A stretch of DNA of 43,687 nucleotides, taken from positions 1 to 43,687 of the forward strand of contig NKIB01014413.1 of NCBI GenBank assembly GCA_002256025.1, written 5' to 3'. The stretch comes from Asterionella formosa. Its lineage: Eukaryota. Both the position numbers and the translations under genes were made by a program. The notes below the pieces were generated by a model. It saw only the letters and a program-made list of their open reading frames with translations, ran no database searches and was not told where the DNA came from. Shown in pieces: positions 1-12,288 of this stretch. Every line of letters starts with the position of its first letter. Position 1 is the stretch's first letter.

Positions 1-296
1 TACATACTAGTGCCTACGAGGACAAAAAGAATTATGGCACGTTACTTTGTCTATGACAAGAAAATTATTGGGTGTTTGGTTCCACCTCGAGAAAAATGTA
101 CAGGGGGGTCCAGCAACCATAGGGGGGGTCCAGGACAATGAAGTATACGGTACTGGCAATGCCATGGACCATCACACAGCCCTTTTACCCGGTCGCTCGT
201 ACATACATAATGGTCAATGTGCATGCAGAGGCTCTATAGCAGTTATGATGGTTGAATTTAGCATTTTAACGCCAAACCCATCCCAGACAACTCATC

Positions 297-2603
297 AGGT
301 TCATTCCCTTCTTCTTACTAGGGCTGAAAGAAAAAAATAGTTCGAATAACAACACATTTCTAAGAAACAAACCTGGGGATTCAGAAAGAAGTATCCAAGC
401 ATCTATTTATCTGATAAACAAACTCAGAAAAAGAGGCAAATTTTTATCAGCAAAATCAAGATTCCCTAATCTCGATTTTGCTGTTAAAACATGATTTGCT
501 ATTAGCATGTCTAATCATAATTTTGGTTGAGTGCAGGCAATCGTCATTGCTCTTTCCTGGGATGGCATGTTGTGTTGGTCTGGTGTGGTGTCGTGTGGTG
601 TGTGGTGCTATATGAAATGGGTGATAATATGATAATCTACTATCTATCATATCATAATTTTTTTGCCTTGCTCATCATCACACTTCAGTAAACAGCTGTC
701 AATGTTGGCTACTTGCAACAACCAGCCACCACTCTTTCTTCCAAAAATGGTGGCTATAACATGGAATACAAATGGGACAAAGAATCAGCAAGAGGTCGTA
801 TCAACAACATCATGTCATTATAGTAAGCATCAGTTCAATCGAGGAGTGTAGCACTCAATCTGGAGCACCACTTTTCGGAATTCTTTGCTGATGCACCATC
901 CACCAATCATGTCACAAGAACTGCGGAAGACCAAGACACAAACCTATCGTGTCAACATTATAATGACGCCTTGTTCTCATTTCCGCCCAAAATTTATCTG
1001 TACCTTCTTCCATCAACGCAGTTTGGCTGAGCAGCCTCGTCTGACATGGAAAAAATGTGGTTCTTTGGCAAGTACTTTGTCTGTTTCCAGCCATGCTATT
1101 TTTGAAGATTTTGATTGGAGGATGATTCATATAATGAAGAAATATGATGATTTTTCAGGAAGGAGCGCAAGTGGTTGGACTTTAGTAAAACACGAAAGGG
1201 TGATGTTATTTGGTAACACATAAACAACGAAAAAATTCCTTGTAGATTCCATGCAATACAAGCTAGTAGTAACACATGTGATTTTGCAAGAATACACATA
1301 GGTAGCAAGCAGTTTTGTGTCATATTGGTTGTCGGTTTTACTGCTTCGTTAAACAATTTGATTGATCGGGCTTTTATTTGTTAGCAATGAAAGAAAGAAA
1401 AAATGAAACTGTGCCAATAGCGATGTTCCCTTGCACCCCCCTTCCCAGCTCGTTTCTCAAGAACACCACAATGCCACCTATCTGCCAGTAATGTCGAGGT
1501 CGAATAGGCTCAAAGGGGGGTCCAACTGAAATGCAATGTCAGGAACGAGTTTGTTAGTGGCAAAAGGATAGAATTGATTCTTGGCTCCTACTTGTCTTCA
1601 TCATATGATCCCAACTCTTACCATGTGAATATCAATTTGGATTTTGCCGATAAAAGTGATGCCATGGACTCTTGCTCTGTCACATTTATACCCTGCAACA
1701 AAATAATAATTTGAGTTTCTTGTCATTCACACATGGCAATTTTTTTGCAATACAGAGGATGAGGATTTCCAATAAAAGTAAAACCTGAACGAAGCAGATC
1801 CCTAAAGGATTCAATACACAAACATTGGAGATTAAACCAAAGGTCTTCCCAATTCCTACCAGCATGCCACAGATCCCCATAGGATTGTTTCGCCATCATA
1901 CACTGATGGTGAATTGCAGTCTAGCAAAATCTATTGCGCTTCGATGCTTCTGTATGAGGGATTTCATTTGCCATTGATCTTGCAGCAAGATATAGCACAC
2001 AAGGACGATGATCATGCTGATATAAGTAATCTCAGGTTTGGAAGCTTGCGTGTTTCACTTTCTTCAAGAACCAGGCAGGCAGGTAGGCTGCCAGCCAGAC
2101 AGCATGTTCTTGTGTGATTTGTGACCATGGTCTTCTTTGCTGGCTCTTCAGATGCGCAAAACTCAAATTGGCTATGTAAGCATGTATCAAAATTAAATGC
2201 TTCATACCATGGAGAGATCAATCCATTTGCCTGTCAGAAACAAAACTTCAATTTCTTCAATTGCATTACAACTGTTGATGCCCAGCAGAATGGAAATGGA
2301 GGTCATCGAAAGTATTTGACATTTACAAATCATGCTATTCTTGTTGCTGTATAAAGCTACCATACAGCACAAACTAACATTGGACAGTTGGGAGGAGCAA
2401 AAACCCAACATCCAATTAAATGCAGGAAATTACCGCAAAAGCCATGCTGAAGAATTCACGGATTATCAACAAATTATTAATAAAAACAGGCGCCCTAATG
2501 GAACAAACAGGCATTTTTGATAAAATGTCTAATGTCATAACTTGTTCTACCAGAAAGTTTATCAGAACCTTTTTAGTTTTATCAGCCCTAAGGAAATGAA
2601 CCT
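297..2603. mobile_element. Decayed ~2.3-kb TIR DNA transposon, superfamily unassigned
   Basis: Left end 297 AGGTTCATTCCCTT[cttcttact]AGGGCTGA matches the reverse complement of the right end at 2603 (AGGTTCATTTCCTTAGGGCTGA), with looser similarity continuing inward. Flanks CATC/CAGC may be a 4-bp TSD with one mismatch. The interior has only short broken ORFs. Confidence 0.55.
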
Positions 2604-2740
2604 CAGCCAGCTGGACCCCTTCTGAATTTTGCAATGTACAATGAAAAATAAGGTTAAAGGCGAATTTGTTTAACATTTTGCTCAATTTTGAAGTACAGTA
2701 CTCTAATAATAAATATAAAAGTCATTGAAAAATAGACTTG

Positions 2741-4717
2741 TTAGCTCGCATCATTCGTCCTCACTTGGCCATAAGTTTGGCTCCCACCAGAAGCCGCACT
2801 CAAGATATCATGCAAAACACCAACACAATTGCGTTCGCCATTCTCACTAAGCACCATATGCATACGCTCAACACTAGAACCCAGGGCCATGATGAACTGG
2901 CTCACACGTTGGGTCTCATCCTCCAAATTTGACAACAAGTGATCTGTATCAATTTCGGATCGACTTCGTTTGGTCGAAAGGGCTTCATCTGACAAAGTTT
3001 CACCCTCCTCTTCGAACGAAAACATGTTGTCTGGTGATGGTGGCAACGGTCGGCCAAGTCGGCGAGACAATTGCAAAAGCTCTCGTTCGAAATCTTTCAG
3101 GGATTCCTTCATCAATTGCTGTTGCGACAATGCCTTGGGCGTAAAAGTAAACTTGATGCTGTCACGTAATTTACAGCTCAATTCGCGCTCACCATCCAAT
3201 GTTCTCAACACTGTCATGAGCTCATGCTTAGCAGTCAGTCGTTTCGTCTTGTGCAAGGTTGTCTCTTGCGCTGACTTTGCCATTTGTATTTCCATCTTAT
3301 CGCCTATGCGATTGGCGGTTTCTTGATCCTTTTGAAGTTTGCTTAATTCACGCAAAAGTTCTCGATTCCTGGTTTGTGACTGTACCCACTGAGCATGCAA
3401 TTGCTTCCATCGGGTTTGGTGTTCTCGCATGGACCGGTTGGTTTGACTAAGTTCCAAATTAAGTTCATCTGCTTGAGCACGCGCCTGTCGTAATTCTTCT
3501 TGTTTGGATTCTACAAAGACCTTCATTTTCTTCTTCCGCTCTTCATTGAGACGACGTTCGTCGGCAAGTGCCACTTCCGCATTTTGGAGTCGTTCCGTGA
3601 CATTCGCTAGAGCTGTGGTGTGTGACAATTCTTCACTGTCCTTTTCTTCCTTCACCAGCTTCAATTCCTTCATGGTAGTATCCAGTTGCTCCTGTAAGGA
3701 CGTGACTTGTAATTTCAGTTGTTCTGCCAAGTTGGCCTTGAGTGCTTCCTTTTTCTTCGCATCGTTAACTCGATTGCTCAATAAAACTTCTTTCCGTTCA
3801 TGCTCATCTCTAGCTACTCTCAATTTGCTCAATTCCATTTCCAACGAATTCTTGTCATGCGTGAGACTTGACAGTTGATCCTTACTCCAATCTAGTTCTT
3901 GTTGTATAGAATTCTTTTCCGCAAGCATGTCATTGTACTCCTTGGTTAGTACTTCTGCTTCGTGACGAGAACGTCGTTCCGTCTCTGCAAATAATGTCAT
4001 TTGTTCTTGTAACATGGAACGAAGTTCCATAATCATCATGGCATCGTTGTTTGATATTGAAGGTGGCGGCTCTGTCTTGTTTTGAACTCTTTCTTCAACG
4101 TCAACATCAACCATCTTTTGTTTCATGGTTTCATCGCCTCCCTGAATATGCGGGCTTTCGTCATTGACTTTTTGTTTTAAAAGTAGAGTAGTTCCATCGG
4201 CATTATTATTATCATCAATATCAATCGTGTTTTTTTCATTGACGACAGTTAAAGTCATGATGGTGCTCATGGTATTATCTTCAATGGTGGTTGCTGTAGC
4301 TGGAGCTGTAGTTGTTGTTGGTGTTGACTCTTCCGTTGTTTCCAGGGGGAGAATGCTGGTCAAATCGGTTGTTGAGGAGTCCACTACTTGTAATGATGCT
4401 TCTTCGTTGTTATTGTTGTCGTGTGATGGTGGCGGTGATGGCGTTTGTGTTGGTGGTTCGTCGGCAGCAATGGTTTCCACCACGTTGTTCTGAACAACGA
4501 CCTCTCCGTTGGCAGCATTAGTATCAGTATTCATATCAGAAATCGTCTTTGAATCTTGACTCATGTGACTTTCATCAACTGCCGCAACCTCATTTGCTGT
4601 ATCAGTTTTGGTTGGAGTATCATTGTTGTTGTCGTTGTCGTTGTCGTTGTCATTGTGCATCGTGATGGAAGGTCCTACCGGAACTTCAACCGCCACCTCC
4701 TCCTCGCCTGCAATCAT
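2741..4717 (-). CDS. 658-aa protein with a disordered acidic/Thr/Asn-rich N-terminus and a long coiled-coil (myosin-tail/golgin-like composition), function unknown
   Basis: Uninterrupted 658-codon ORF. E/K/L/Q-rich heptad pattern from about residue 230 to 550, followed by a short C-terminal helical region. Confidence 0.85.
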   Translation of the reverse strand: MIAGEEEVAVEVPVGPSITMHNDNDNDNDNNNDTPTKTDTANEVAAVDESHMSQDSKTISDMNTDTNAANGEVVVQNNVVETIAADEPPTQTPSPPPSHDNNNNEEASLQVVDSSTTDLTSILPLETTEESTPTTTTAPATATTIEDNTMSTIMTLTVVNEKNTIDIDDNNNADGTTLLLKQKVNDESPHIQGGDETMKQKMVDVDVEERVQNKTEPPPSISNNDAMMIMELRSMLQEQMTLFAETERRSRHEAEVLTKEYNDMLAEKNSIQQELDWSKDQLSSLTHDKNSLEMELSKLRVARDEHERKEVLLSNRVNDAKKKEALKANLAEQLKLQVTSLQEQLDTTMKELKLVKEEKDSEELSHTTALANVTERLQNAEVALADERRLNEERKKKMKVFVESKQEELRQARAQADELNLELSQTNRSMREHQTRWKQLHAQWVQSQTRNRELLRELSKLQKDQETANRIGDKMEIQMAKSAQETTLHKTKRLTAKHELMTVLRTLDGERELSCKLRDSIKFTFTPKALSQQQLMKESLKDFERELLQLSRRLGRPLPPSPDNMFSFEEEGETLSDEALSTKRSRSEIDTDHLLSNLEDETQRVSQFIMALGSSVERMHMVLSENGERNCVGVLHDILSAASGGSQTYGQVRTNDAS

Positions 4718-5034
4718 TCGTCGTCAGTCAAGCCTTTCGCGGTGACGGAATACTGCTATATCGATCTCGCTTCCTCTCTTTGCACAAAGAAAGGTGCGAG
4801 AAAGGCAAACGACTACCCGGTAGGCGGATATGTAAGGATTGTTTGTTAGTTTTAGCCTCCAACAGAAATACCGGAAATATGAAATGATGGTAACTGATAG
4901 TGTGGGCAGCATTACATATATATACCTGATGATACAGAACTACAAATGTGACCATGTTTATAATCGGTACTGTATATAAATAAAAATATAATGCATTCAC
5001 ATGGTGCGTATGGTCGGTATAGCTACAAGTAAAC

Positions 5035-5520
5035 TACCGGGTACTCAGTTAATCTACATCCCGTTCGAATACCGGTATATATCTCATGATCTGCACATAA
5101 CGGTACCCGGTACCAGGTATAGTACCAGGGTGCAAGGTACCTGTTCTCCTGTACCTGGGAGTACCAGTCCCAGTACTGGCACCTGGTACCAGGTACACAC
5201 ACCTGTGATACCGGTAGTTGATGGCAAACAGTCTACCGTTGAGAATGTATACATATATTCATGTACAAATAGCAAACATCAAGCCCCACTTCCTCGTCAT
5301 CGGGAATGTCCATGAACAATTTATTTAGCATGATTGAAAAGAAGCAAAATCAGATACTTCAACTCTACTTTACATGTAGCATATCATACCTAACGTAGAA
5401 TCGTAGAAGATTGCTGAGGACCCCTCGTCCCCAGCCTACTGGTACCAGGGTACCTGTTATGTATAATGTGTCATGCGTGTAGACTACCTGGTACTATATG
5501 TACTAGTGTAGTATAGCTAT
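5035..5520. repeat. Cluster of GTAC/TACC(A/T)GGTA palindromic micro-repeats in a divergent intergenic region
   Basis: Examples: CGGTACCCGGTACCAGGTATAGTACCAGG (5101), ACCTGGTACCAGGTAC (5181), TACTGGTACCAGGGTACCTG (5437). Confidence 0.85.
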
Positions 5521-5711
5521 ATGACGGTTCACTGCTAAATTATTCGCGGCTCAATGTACGGTACGGAGTCATACGCCATGCCGGAAGTTACCAGATACTC
5601 CGCACCAGTCATCGCATGAGCGATCCGTGTGCTTTAGAATTTCTATGATTTCTCCAAAGAAATAATTATTAGCTATTTTTACTGTTATTATATATTTTGT
5701 TGTATCGCACC

Positions 5712-6483
5712 ATGTTTATTCCAAACGCCAATGCAGCAGCGGAAGCGGCTGCTATTAAACAAGCATGTGCTCGTGTAGAACAACTCGCTTTAGAACTTGT
5801 TCCTGATGATATACGAAGTGCTTGTCAAATCAATGTATCAGAAGTGCAATGTGGCGATCCGCAATGTGCACCCATTGACACGACAGTGCTGATTTTATTT
5901 GAAAGGTACGTTTTGACAGTTTCTGAATGTGTAGGCGAAGTACTGGATTGTACGTACAATAGAGTTCGGGCCTGTTTCCCTCCCATACTCGAGCCATACA
6001 GCTATAGCTTTACCGACGTTGACTTTCTTCAACACTCCTCTATAGACACATGCTACCCAATATCTCGCTAACAAGCAAACGCAAACGTATACAATTATTT
6101 CTATTAGTGGCGGACAAGGAATGTTGGGATTGCCAATGGAAAGTAATGAAGTGACAGACGAAGAATTGGCCGAAGCGTTTCCTCCAGAAGAAATCTTGCG
6201 AAAATGGTTTCATGGTCAAGATGCTGAATGGCCTCCAGATAACTCGAACGCTATGGAGGACGGAACTCTCCCGCAACTTAGATTTGATGTAGGGGACAAA
6301 GTATTGTGTCGAATAGGGCCAGATGCAATTACTGGATGGGCCAAGGGGACGATTGTTCAATTGTGGTATAGAGAATCCTCATGGCCAGCAGGGAATTGGG
6401 CACCCTATAAAGTGCAATTGGATGATGGAAGAAATATATTTGCCCCAGGAGATTTGGAACAGATTATTAAGAAACAATCCTAG
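5712..6483 (+). CDS. Two-exon ~189-aa protein with an N-terminal VxExxCxDPxCxPxDT motif and a C-terminal SH3/Tudor-like beta-barrel (LRFxVGDxV...W..G.I...PY.V.LDDG..IFAP.D)
   Basis: Exon 1 is 5712-5905. Intron 5906-6107 has a GTACGT donor, GCTAAC branch site at ~6067 and TAG acceptor. Exon 2 is 6108-6483. Phase-2 splicing joins the two ORFs in frame (...LFE-S-GGQG-MLG...). Confidence 0.85.
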
Positions 6484-7003
6484 GAATAGTGAGTGGCTGG
6501 CCAGTAGGCGGAAACATGCTAATTCAGTTTTCATTCGGTCAGTAGCTATATTCCATTGAATTCCTCGATGCAAGCGCTGAACTGAGAATTGAGCGGAGTG
6601 AAATATTTGAATGATGGATTTTATCGTAGGGTCATCGAGGCAGTTAGTTGGATCCCAACAACATGAAGATATGTTTTAGTGAAAATGATTATTTGAATGT
6701 TTTGGATACTACTCTTGTTCAGGTTGTAATTTTGTCAGCTATTGAATCCTCCATCCTGTCATCCTCATCTACATTAAACACATTATACCGCCATGCAACA
6801 ACTTGTATTAGCATGTTGCTCTCTAGCGGGAACTTTTGAAGCGCGCTTTGCTGAGCTATCAGGACCACATTTCACACGTGTGATTGACAGACGTCTTAGG
6901 GTTGATGGTGATGCTGTTGTTGTGTTCGCCGCTCGTCCACCACAAAACACATGAATAACGGTAACAAATTATAAGGATGCATGCCCATCATGATGATATG
7001 GAG

Positions 7004-7305
7004 TAGGTACCTGGTACCAGGTACCATACCTGGTAACTGGTAGAGTACCAGGTACCAGTACAATCTCAGTAGACCATCATTATATTCCTATATTACATGA
7101 TAACATATTTTCTCACTATGAAATATGAATACCTGCAATACATAATATTCCCTTGCTAGTAGATACTGATACCAGGGTACCAGATACTACGATCGTAAAG
7201 CTCGATTCCTTGCTCCTTGCTACGACATGGTACCTGGTAACCTGGTACGGAGTACCCCGTTCGATATTAATTACCGGTAGTCGTGCGTAGCAGAAGGTAC
7301 CTGGC
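7004..7305. repeat. Cluster of TACC(A/T)GGTA palindromic micro-repeats upstream of the PPR gene
   Basis: TAGGTACCTGGTACCAGGTACCATACCTGGTAACTGGTAGAGTACCAGGTACCAGTAC at 7004-7061, with further units at 7170-7305. Confidence 0.85.
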
Positions 7306-7613
7306 ATTCCAGCTAATCTATTATGTATGAAAAGGTATGTACAGTACAGGTGTAATAATTGCTTTGGCTCTGGAATTTCAAATTTCAGAGTGGCTGGTCC
7401 TGAGCAGCAACGAGACAGGTGACTCAGTTTGTCCTGTTGTGATTCTTGATTGTTTCATGACAGCGCGTTCAGTACCTTCAATCTAGGCATCAGGGAGATA
7501 GATTTACATCATTGACTCGGAGCAAATTTGCTTGTCACCCTGCCATTCCCACAGTGCACTACGTTCTTTTCAGCCTCGCAGGTTGTTATTATCAATCAAT
7601 AGCCAGTAGAAGT

Positions 7614-10595
7614 ATGCGCGCTTCTGTTCCATTGAAGCGATTTTCAAAACTGAGCCCCTTCCATCATTTGATTCTGAATCAGGGTCAGAGCCTTGCGGTT
7701 TTACCTCTGCTTCCACATTTGCAACTGCAGCTGCTGCAGAAACAACAACAACAACAGCAAAAGCAGCAATCTAGAGCATTCTTCTCGCTGTTCAACAAAT
7801 CAGATCGAACGGAAAGCGTCTCGCAGGAAACGTGGATCCGAGTGTCGAACAACATCGTTGCCGTGAAAGATGGGTCTCTCGCGCGGGTCAAGCGGCAAGA
7901 GGCGTTAGAAGCGCTGGAGTACTGGGCCAAACAGTGGACCAAATTGGGTTTCGATTGGTCGTTTAGACTGCTGAGCCGTCTAGTCAACGAAGAAGCCTAT
8001 GTGCTTTCCCATCGACCTGAAGACGAGTTGTTCTTGACGCAGAGACACTTAGGCATTGTGGTTGCAAATTGGAGCAATTCGGCAAATAAGGTAAATGCAT
8101 CATTGGTTTTACAGACATTTGATGAATACAAAGCACTCGTTCCTCAACTTGAACCCAATGCACGCATACTGGGGGCCTTGTTATCTGGAGCTGTCAAGAA
8201 GAGAGATCCCAATATTCTGGACTTGGTGGACACGGTCCTAGATAGACTAGAAAAAAATTCGAAGAGGGAGCGACATCCGCTATCCGACTCAGACATTACT
8301 GCCATTGAACCTGCCATTCGAGCGACCACCCGAAGGGGATACTTTCAATCTCCAGAACGAGCAGATAAAATTCTAGAACGACTCGAGCGATTATCAAAGT
8401 CGTCGTCGGACTTCCCACCAGATGACATGAAGGAACTCATCATGTCAAACTTGGCAAAAAGTTCGCAACCGGGTGCAGCGCTCAGGGTAGAGGGAATGCT
8501 CAAGGATTTGATGGAACCCTCAACCGCGGGATATATTGCTGTCTTGCAGGCCTGGGCGAGAAGTCAAGAACCAGGTGCTGCCGATCGATGCTTTGCTATT
8601 TTGAAGCATATACAGTCTCAGAACAAGATCAAAGCAGGGGCTCGGTGCTACACACCAGTGATTCGGGCTTTTGGAAACGAACAGAGACCGCAAGAGGCTG
8701 AGGCAGTCCTTCAAGGACTGCTGGACGAATACGAAAGAACCAAAGATCCAGGCTTGCTCCCTTCCGTCATTCCTTTTAATGCCCTTCTTTATTCATGGAG
8801 TAGATCTGGCGCGATCGATGCTGGTTTAAGGGCTGAAAATATTCTCCATCGCATGTCGGATATGGCCAAAACAACAGGAAATCCCAGTCTGGAGCCCGAC
8901 AAAATATCCTTCACGACAGTCATGTCAGCATGGGCTAATTCTAAACATGAAGCTGGCGCAGAACGGGCACATCAGATTTTACGACACATGGAAGAATTGC
9001 ACCAAGCTGGCAACGAATCTCTGAAACCTGATGCGCGATCCTATTCTGTCACCATGGAAGCTTGGTTTCACAGTGGGTCTAACGTTGCATTATTGCGAGT
9101 ACAAGAGTTGTTCGATCAATTGATCAGCAGATATGAAGCTGGAGATTTAGAAATGAAACCAAACTTGAGAACATACTCTGTCCTTCTCGAGACCTTGGCC
9201 AAGTACAGGGCATCACCCGAACGATTGGACGCTGTTATTCTAGGTATGAAAACAAGAGCGGAAGCTGAGGATCCATCGATTCAACCGACATCTCTAAACT
9301 ATAAATGTGTAATGGAGGCATGGGCATCTTCCGGTCGGCAAGCGGCTCCAGAAAGAATAGATGCCTTGTTCCAAGACTTGCATAATTCTGGAAGGAAAGC
9401 AGATCGCCACATGTACTACCTGTTACTGCATTCTTGGGCAACAAGTAGATCTGTCCACGCAGCACGACGAGTTGATTCCATTCTCGCGCTTATGAAAAGA
9501 AAGTGGAAAGCTGGGGAGGAATCTGTTCAACCAAACACTCGAATCTATAATATCATACTGAAGGCCTGGGCACATTCAAAATCCCACCTTGCGCCGCGTC
9601 GAGCCCGCGAAATCATGAAGGAAATCAGCGACGAACGAAATGCAGGAAATTCGCATTTACTTCCGTCAACGAGCACCTTCAATTATGCAATTATTTGCTG
9701 CATTCCGTTCAATCCAGCCTTGGCACAGGATCTCTTAGAAGAAATGATCGCCACGTATAAGTCTGGAGTCGATTACTGCAAGCCGGATGAAACATCCTAT
9801 AACAATCTTATTGTCGCCTGGTCTAACAGCAAGCATGAGCACCGCACATCCCAGGCAGCACTTGTGTTTCGTCGCATGGAAAATGATAGCGATGGGATCG
9901 GGGTCAGGCCTAACAGCATATCGTTCAGTCTCATGATTAAAGCATTCTTCAATGACCGCAAAAACGAAGTGAGGGCGGCAGACATGGCCAGAGGGTATCT
10001 CGAACAAATGATCAAGTTATCTGACACCGACAAGGCCTTTAGACCAACAGTAATTTCTTTCAACCAAGTTATAGTTGCTTTGTTACAGAGCAGGCTGCCC
10101 GATTCGGACGAGCAAGCGATTGCTCTACTGCACCGTATGGACGCCATGGAAAAATTTGGAAACGTTCAAGGACGCAAGGATGTTATATTTTATTCGAAGA
10201 TCCTTGCGGCTCTGGCGCAATCCAACGCCAGCGGAAAATTTAGCCGAATCCATGCTCTTTTGATGGAGGCCGCCAGGTCTGGGATTAACGATATTAATAT
10301 TTGGACTCTCCACAATATACTCGAGGCGTGTGGTTCATTGTCATCTGACGCCGAGTGCGATGATAACACGAAAATAAAATTGATCAAGGACACCCTCGCC
10401 CATATGTCCACTTTCACAGACAATACTTTTCTGTTGGTGTTCAAGGCTCTGCAGACAATTCGTGGTCATGAAGGTGATGTCAATTTGTTCTATAGCATGT
10501 GTGTAGAACACGGACTCCAAAATTCGGAATCAGTGTTGAAGGCGTATAATGATGCCTTGATTCAAAACAATAAGACTTGCATAGAACACAGTTAA
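7614..10595 (+). CDS. Pentatricopeptide repeat (PPR) protein, probably mitochondrion-targeted
   Basis: Many degenerate helical repeats of the form P(D/N)xxS(F/Y)xx(V/L)(M/L)xAWxxS...A.RA..IL..M. The first in-frame ATG (7614) gives an R/S/L-rich leader without acidic residues, ending in SRAFFS. The ORF-track start at 7512 is a TTG. Confidence 0.9.
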   Translation: MRASVPLKRFSKLSPFHHLILNQGQSLAVLPLLPHLQLQLLQKQQQQQQKQQSRAFFSLFNKSDRTESVSQETWIRVSNNIVAVKDGSLARVKRQEALEALEYWAKQWTKLGFDWSFRLLSRLVNEEAYVLSHRPEDELFLTQRHLGIVVANWSNSANKVNASLVLQTFDEYKALVPQLEPNARILGALLSGAVKKRDPNILDLVDTVLDRLEKNSKRERHPLSDSDITAIEPAIRATTRRGYFQSPERADKILERLERLSKSSSDFPPDDMKELIMSNLAKSSQPGAALRVEGMLKDLMEPSTAGYIAVLQAWARSQEPGAADRCFAILKHIQSQNKIKAGARCYTPVIRAFGNEQRPQEAEAVLQGLLDEYERTKDPGLLPSVIPFNALLYSWSRSGAIDAGLRAENILHRMSDMAKTTGNPSLEPDKISFTTVMSAWANSKHEAGAERAHQILRHMEELHQAGNESLKPDARSYSVTMEAWFHSGSNVALLRVQELFDQLISRYEAGDLEMKPNLRTYSVLLETLAKYRASPERLDAVILGMKTRAEAEDPSIQPTSLNYKCVMEAWASSGRQAAPERIDALFQDLHNSGRKADRHMYYLLLHSWATSRSVHAARRVDSILALMKRKWKAGEESVQPNTRIYNIILKAWAHSKSHLAPRRAREIMKEISDERNAGNSHLLPSTSTFNYAIICCIPFNPALAQDLLEEMIATYKSGVDYCKPDETSYNNLIVAWSNSKHEHRTSQAALVFRRMENDSDGIGVRPNSISFSLMIKAFFNDRKNEVRAADMARGYLEQMIKLSDTDKAFRPTVISFNQVIVALLQSRLPDSDEQAIALLHRMDAMEKFGNVQGRKDVIFYSKILAALAQSNASGKFSRIHALLMEAARSGINDINIWTLHNILEACGSLSSDAECDDNTKIKLIKDTLAHMSTFTDNTFLLVFKALQTIRGHEGDVNLFYSMCVEHGLQNSESVLKAYNDALIQNNKTCIEHS

Positions 10596-10884
10596 ATCGA
10601 ATGGCTTGCATCATTTGGTATAGTTCTTTGCCATTGTCGTAAAATAAGCCTGCAGCTGGAAGATGTTCCCTGCAGATATTCTACTTGTGTACCTATCAAG
10701 GACATGCATTTCTACTTGTTTCGAATATGATTTAGCTTTGCCTTCAATCTGCCACAGTGGCAGCAACACTTGATGAAGGACTAGGAGAAGACAGACATCA
10801 GTGAGCAAAAGAACAATGGAATATGCACGACTTTTTCTAGTGGCTTCATTGCTCACAGGGATCAGTGCCATGGTTAAATTGATG

Positions 10885-12245
10885 CTACCTACGTGCTAAG
10901 CTACCGTCATCCATGTCTGCACAGTTGAGAGAACACCCAATCTTTACAAAGGACAGGTTTGTAAGAGGCTGGGACATGATGTGTGAGGGGAATTCAGGTT
11001 CATCTCTCCGTCTGTTCATGGCGGGATTTTGGGGAGAGTATCTCTTAGTGGAAATAGATTCATTTGCTATTTTGTTAGAATATACAACTAAACCAATAGT
11101 TGAAATAAAAGGCAAGGTTGCTACTACTCATGTACTACTACTTTGTTATCCTCTTGGAAGTCAATGGAAACTTGCTTCATCAGCATCCTATTAATCTGTG
11201 ATGTATATTTTGATACTGATCAAATATTCCAACAAAGATATCATCGGCTTCATCCTGTCCAACAGTTGTTTCCAGGCTTTTTCGAGGTCGTCAAACTGGC
11301 CTGTCGTTGTCCGCAACTCATTAGAAAAAAGCCTCCTCCCATGCGTTTTCGGCATGAACCTGTGCACCTATTCTTTGTTTTCCTAATGCAGATTCATGTT
11401 TGATCTTCTTCTTAGCTTGTCAATCAAACTTTGACTGCTGAGCGTAGTTTCTGCTCCTCCCTGCGCTTTCGAGCGAGCTGCTTGAGATACTTAGATGTGG
11501 TCACCAATTGCATTACCAAGCGCCTCCTCCTCTGGCTGTGACAAGCAAGAATGGGGGTCAACTAATACCTAACCATAAAAAAATTACCTTCCAAGATGAA
11601 ATACAATGGGCGGGAATTGAAGAGAAGATTATTTTTGATATCCTGTGGCCTGTGGGGGGGGGTGGGGTTCAGCTTTCTGTTAAAGTCCAATTCTTTCAGC
11701 TAGCTACAACTACTATCATGGTGGAAGCAAGCACTCTACATTATAGATACAAAGTCTACTGGCAACAAGAAAGGAATAACAGCTCACCTTATTTTGCTTT
11801 TTGAATCCAAATAGTACCTCCTGCCTGTACAGAGCATCAGAGCTCATTGGCTCATCCTTTGTCTTGACAAAGCCTTTGTCTTGACAAAGCAAGCAAAAGA
11901 TATTAGGTATCAACCAAAAACTTCGTTGAGGCCAAGAATACTGCAATGATTGCCTGTTTATATGGCACTCAACAAGCCATACTACTACTCTTTTGCAGTA
12001 TTGTATATGAAACACCAAAACAGCCTTGCAGACTAGCCAATGTTCAGGGGCAACATATCCACCAATGTAGGGGGGAGTTTGTATGGTGGATGATGAATAA
12101 TCCGAAGAACAATCATTTTCATCCAAATTGTAGTTGTGAATGAAATCATTACTATCAGCAGTGGGGGGCTCAGCTGGGACAATCATGGTTGATGGAGATT
12201 GGTCAGACAGAGAAGACAAGGAGGACATGTCATCCAGCAGTGCTG

Positions 12246-12288
<43 letters not shown>

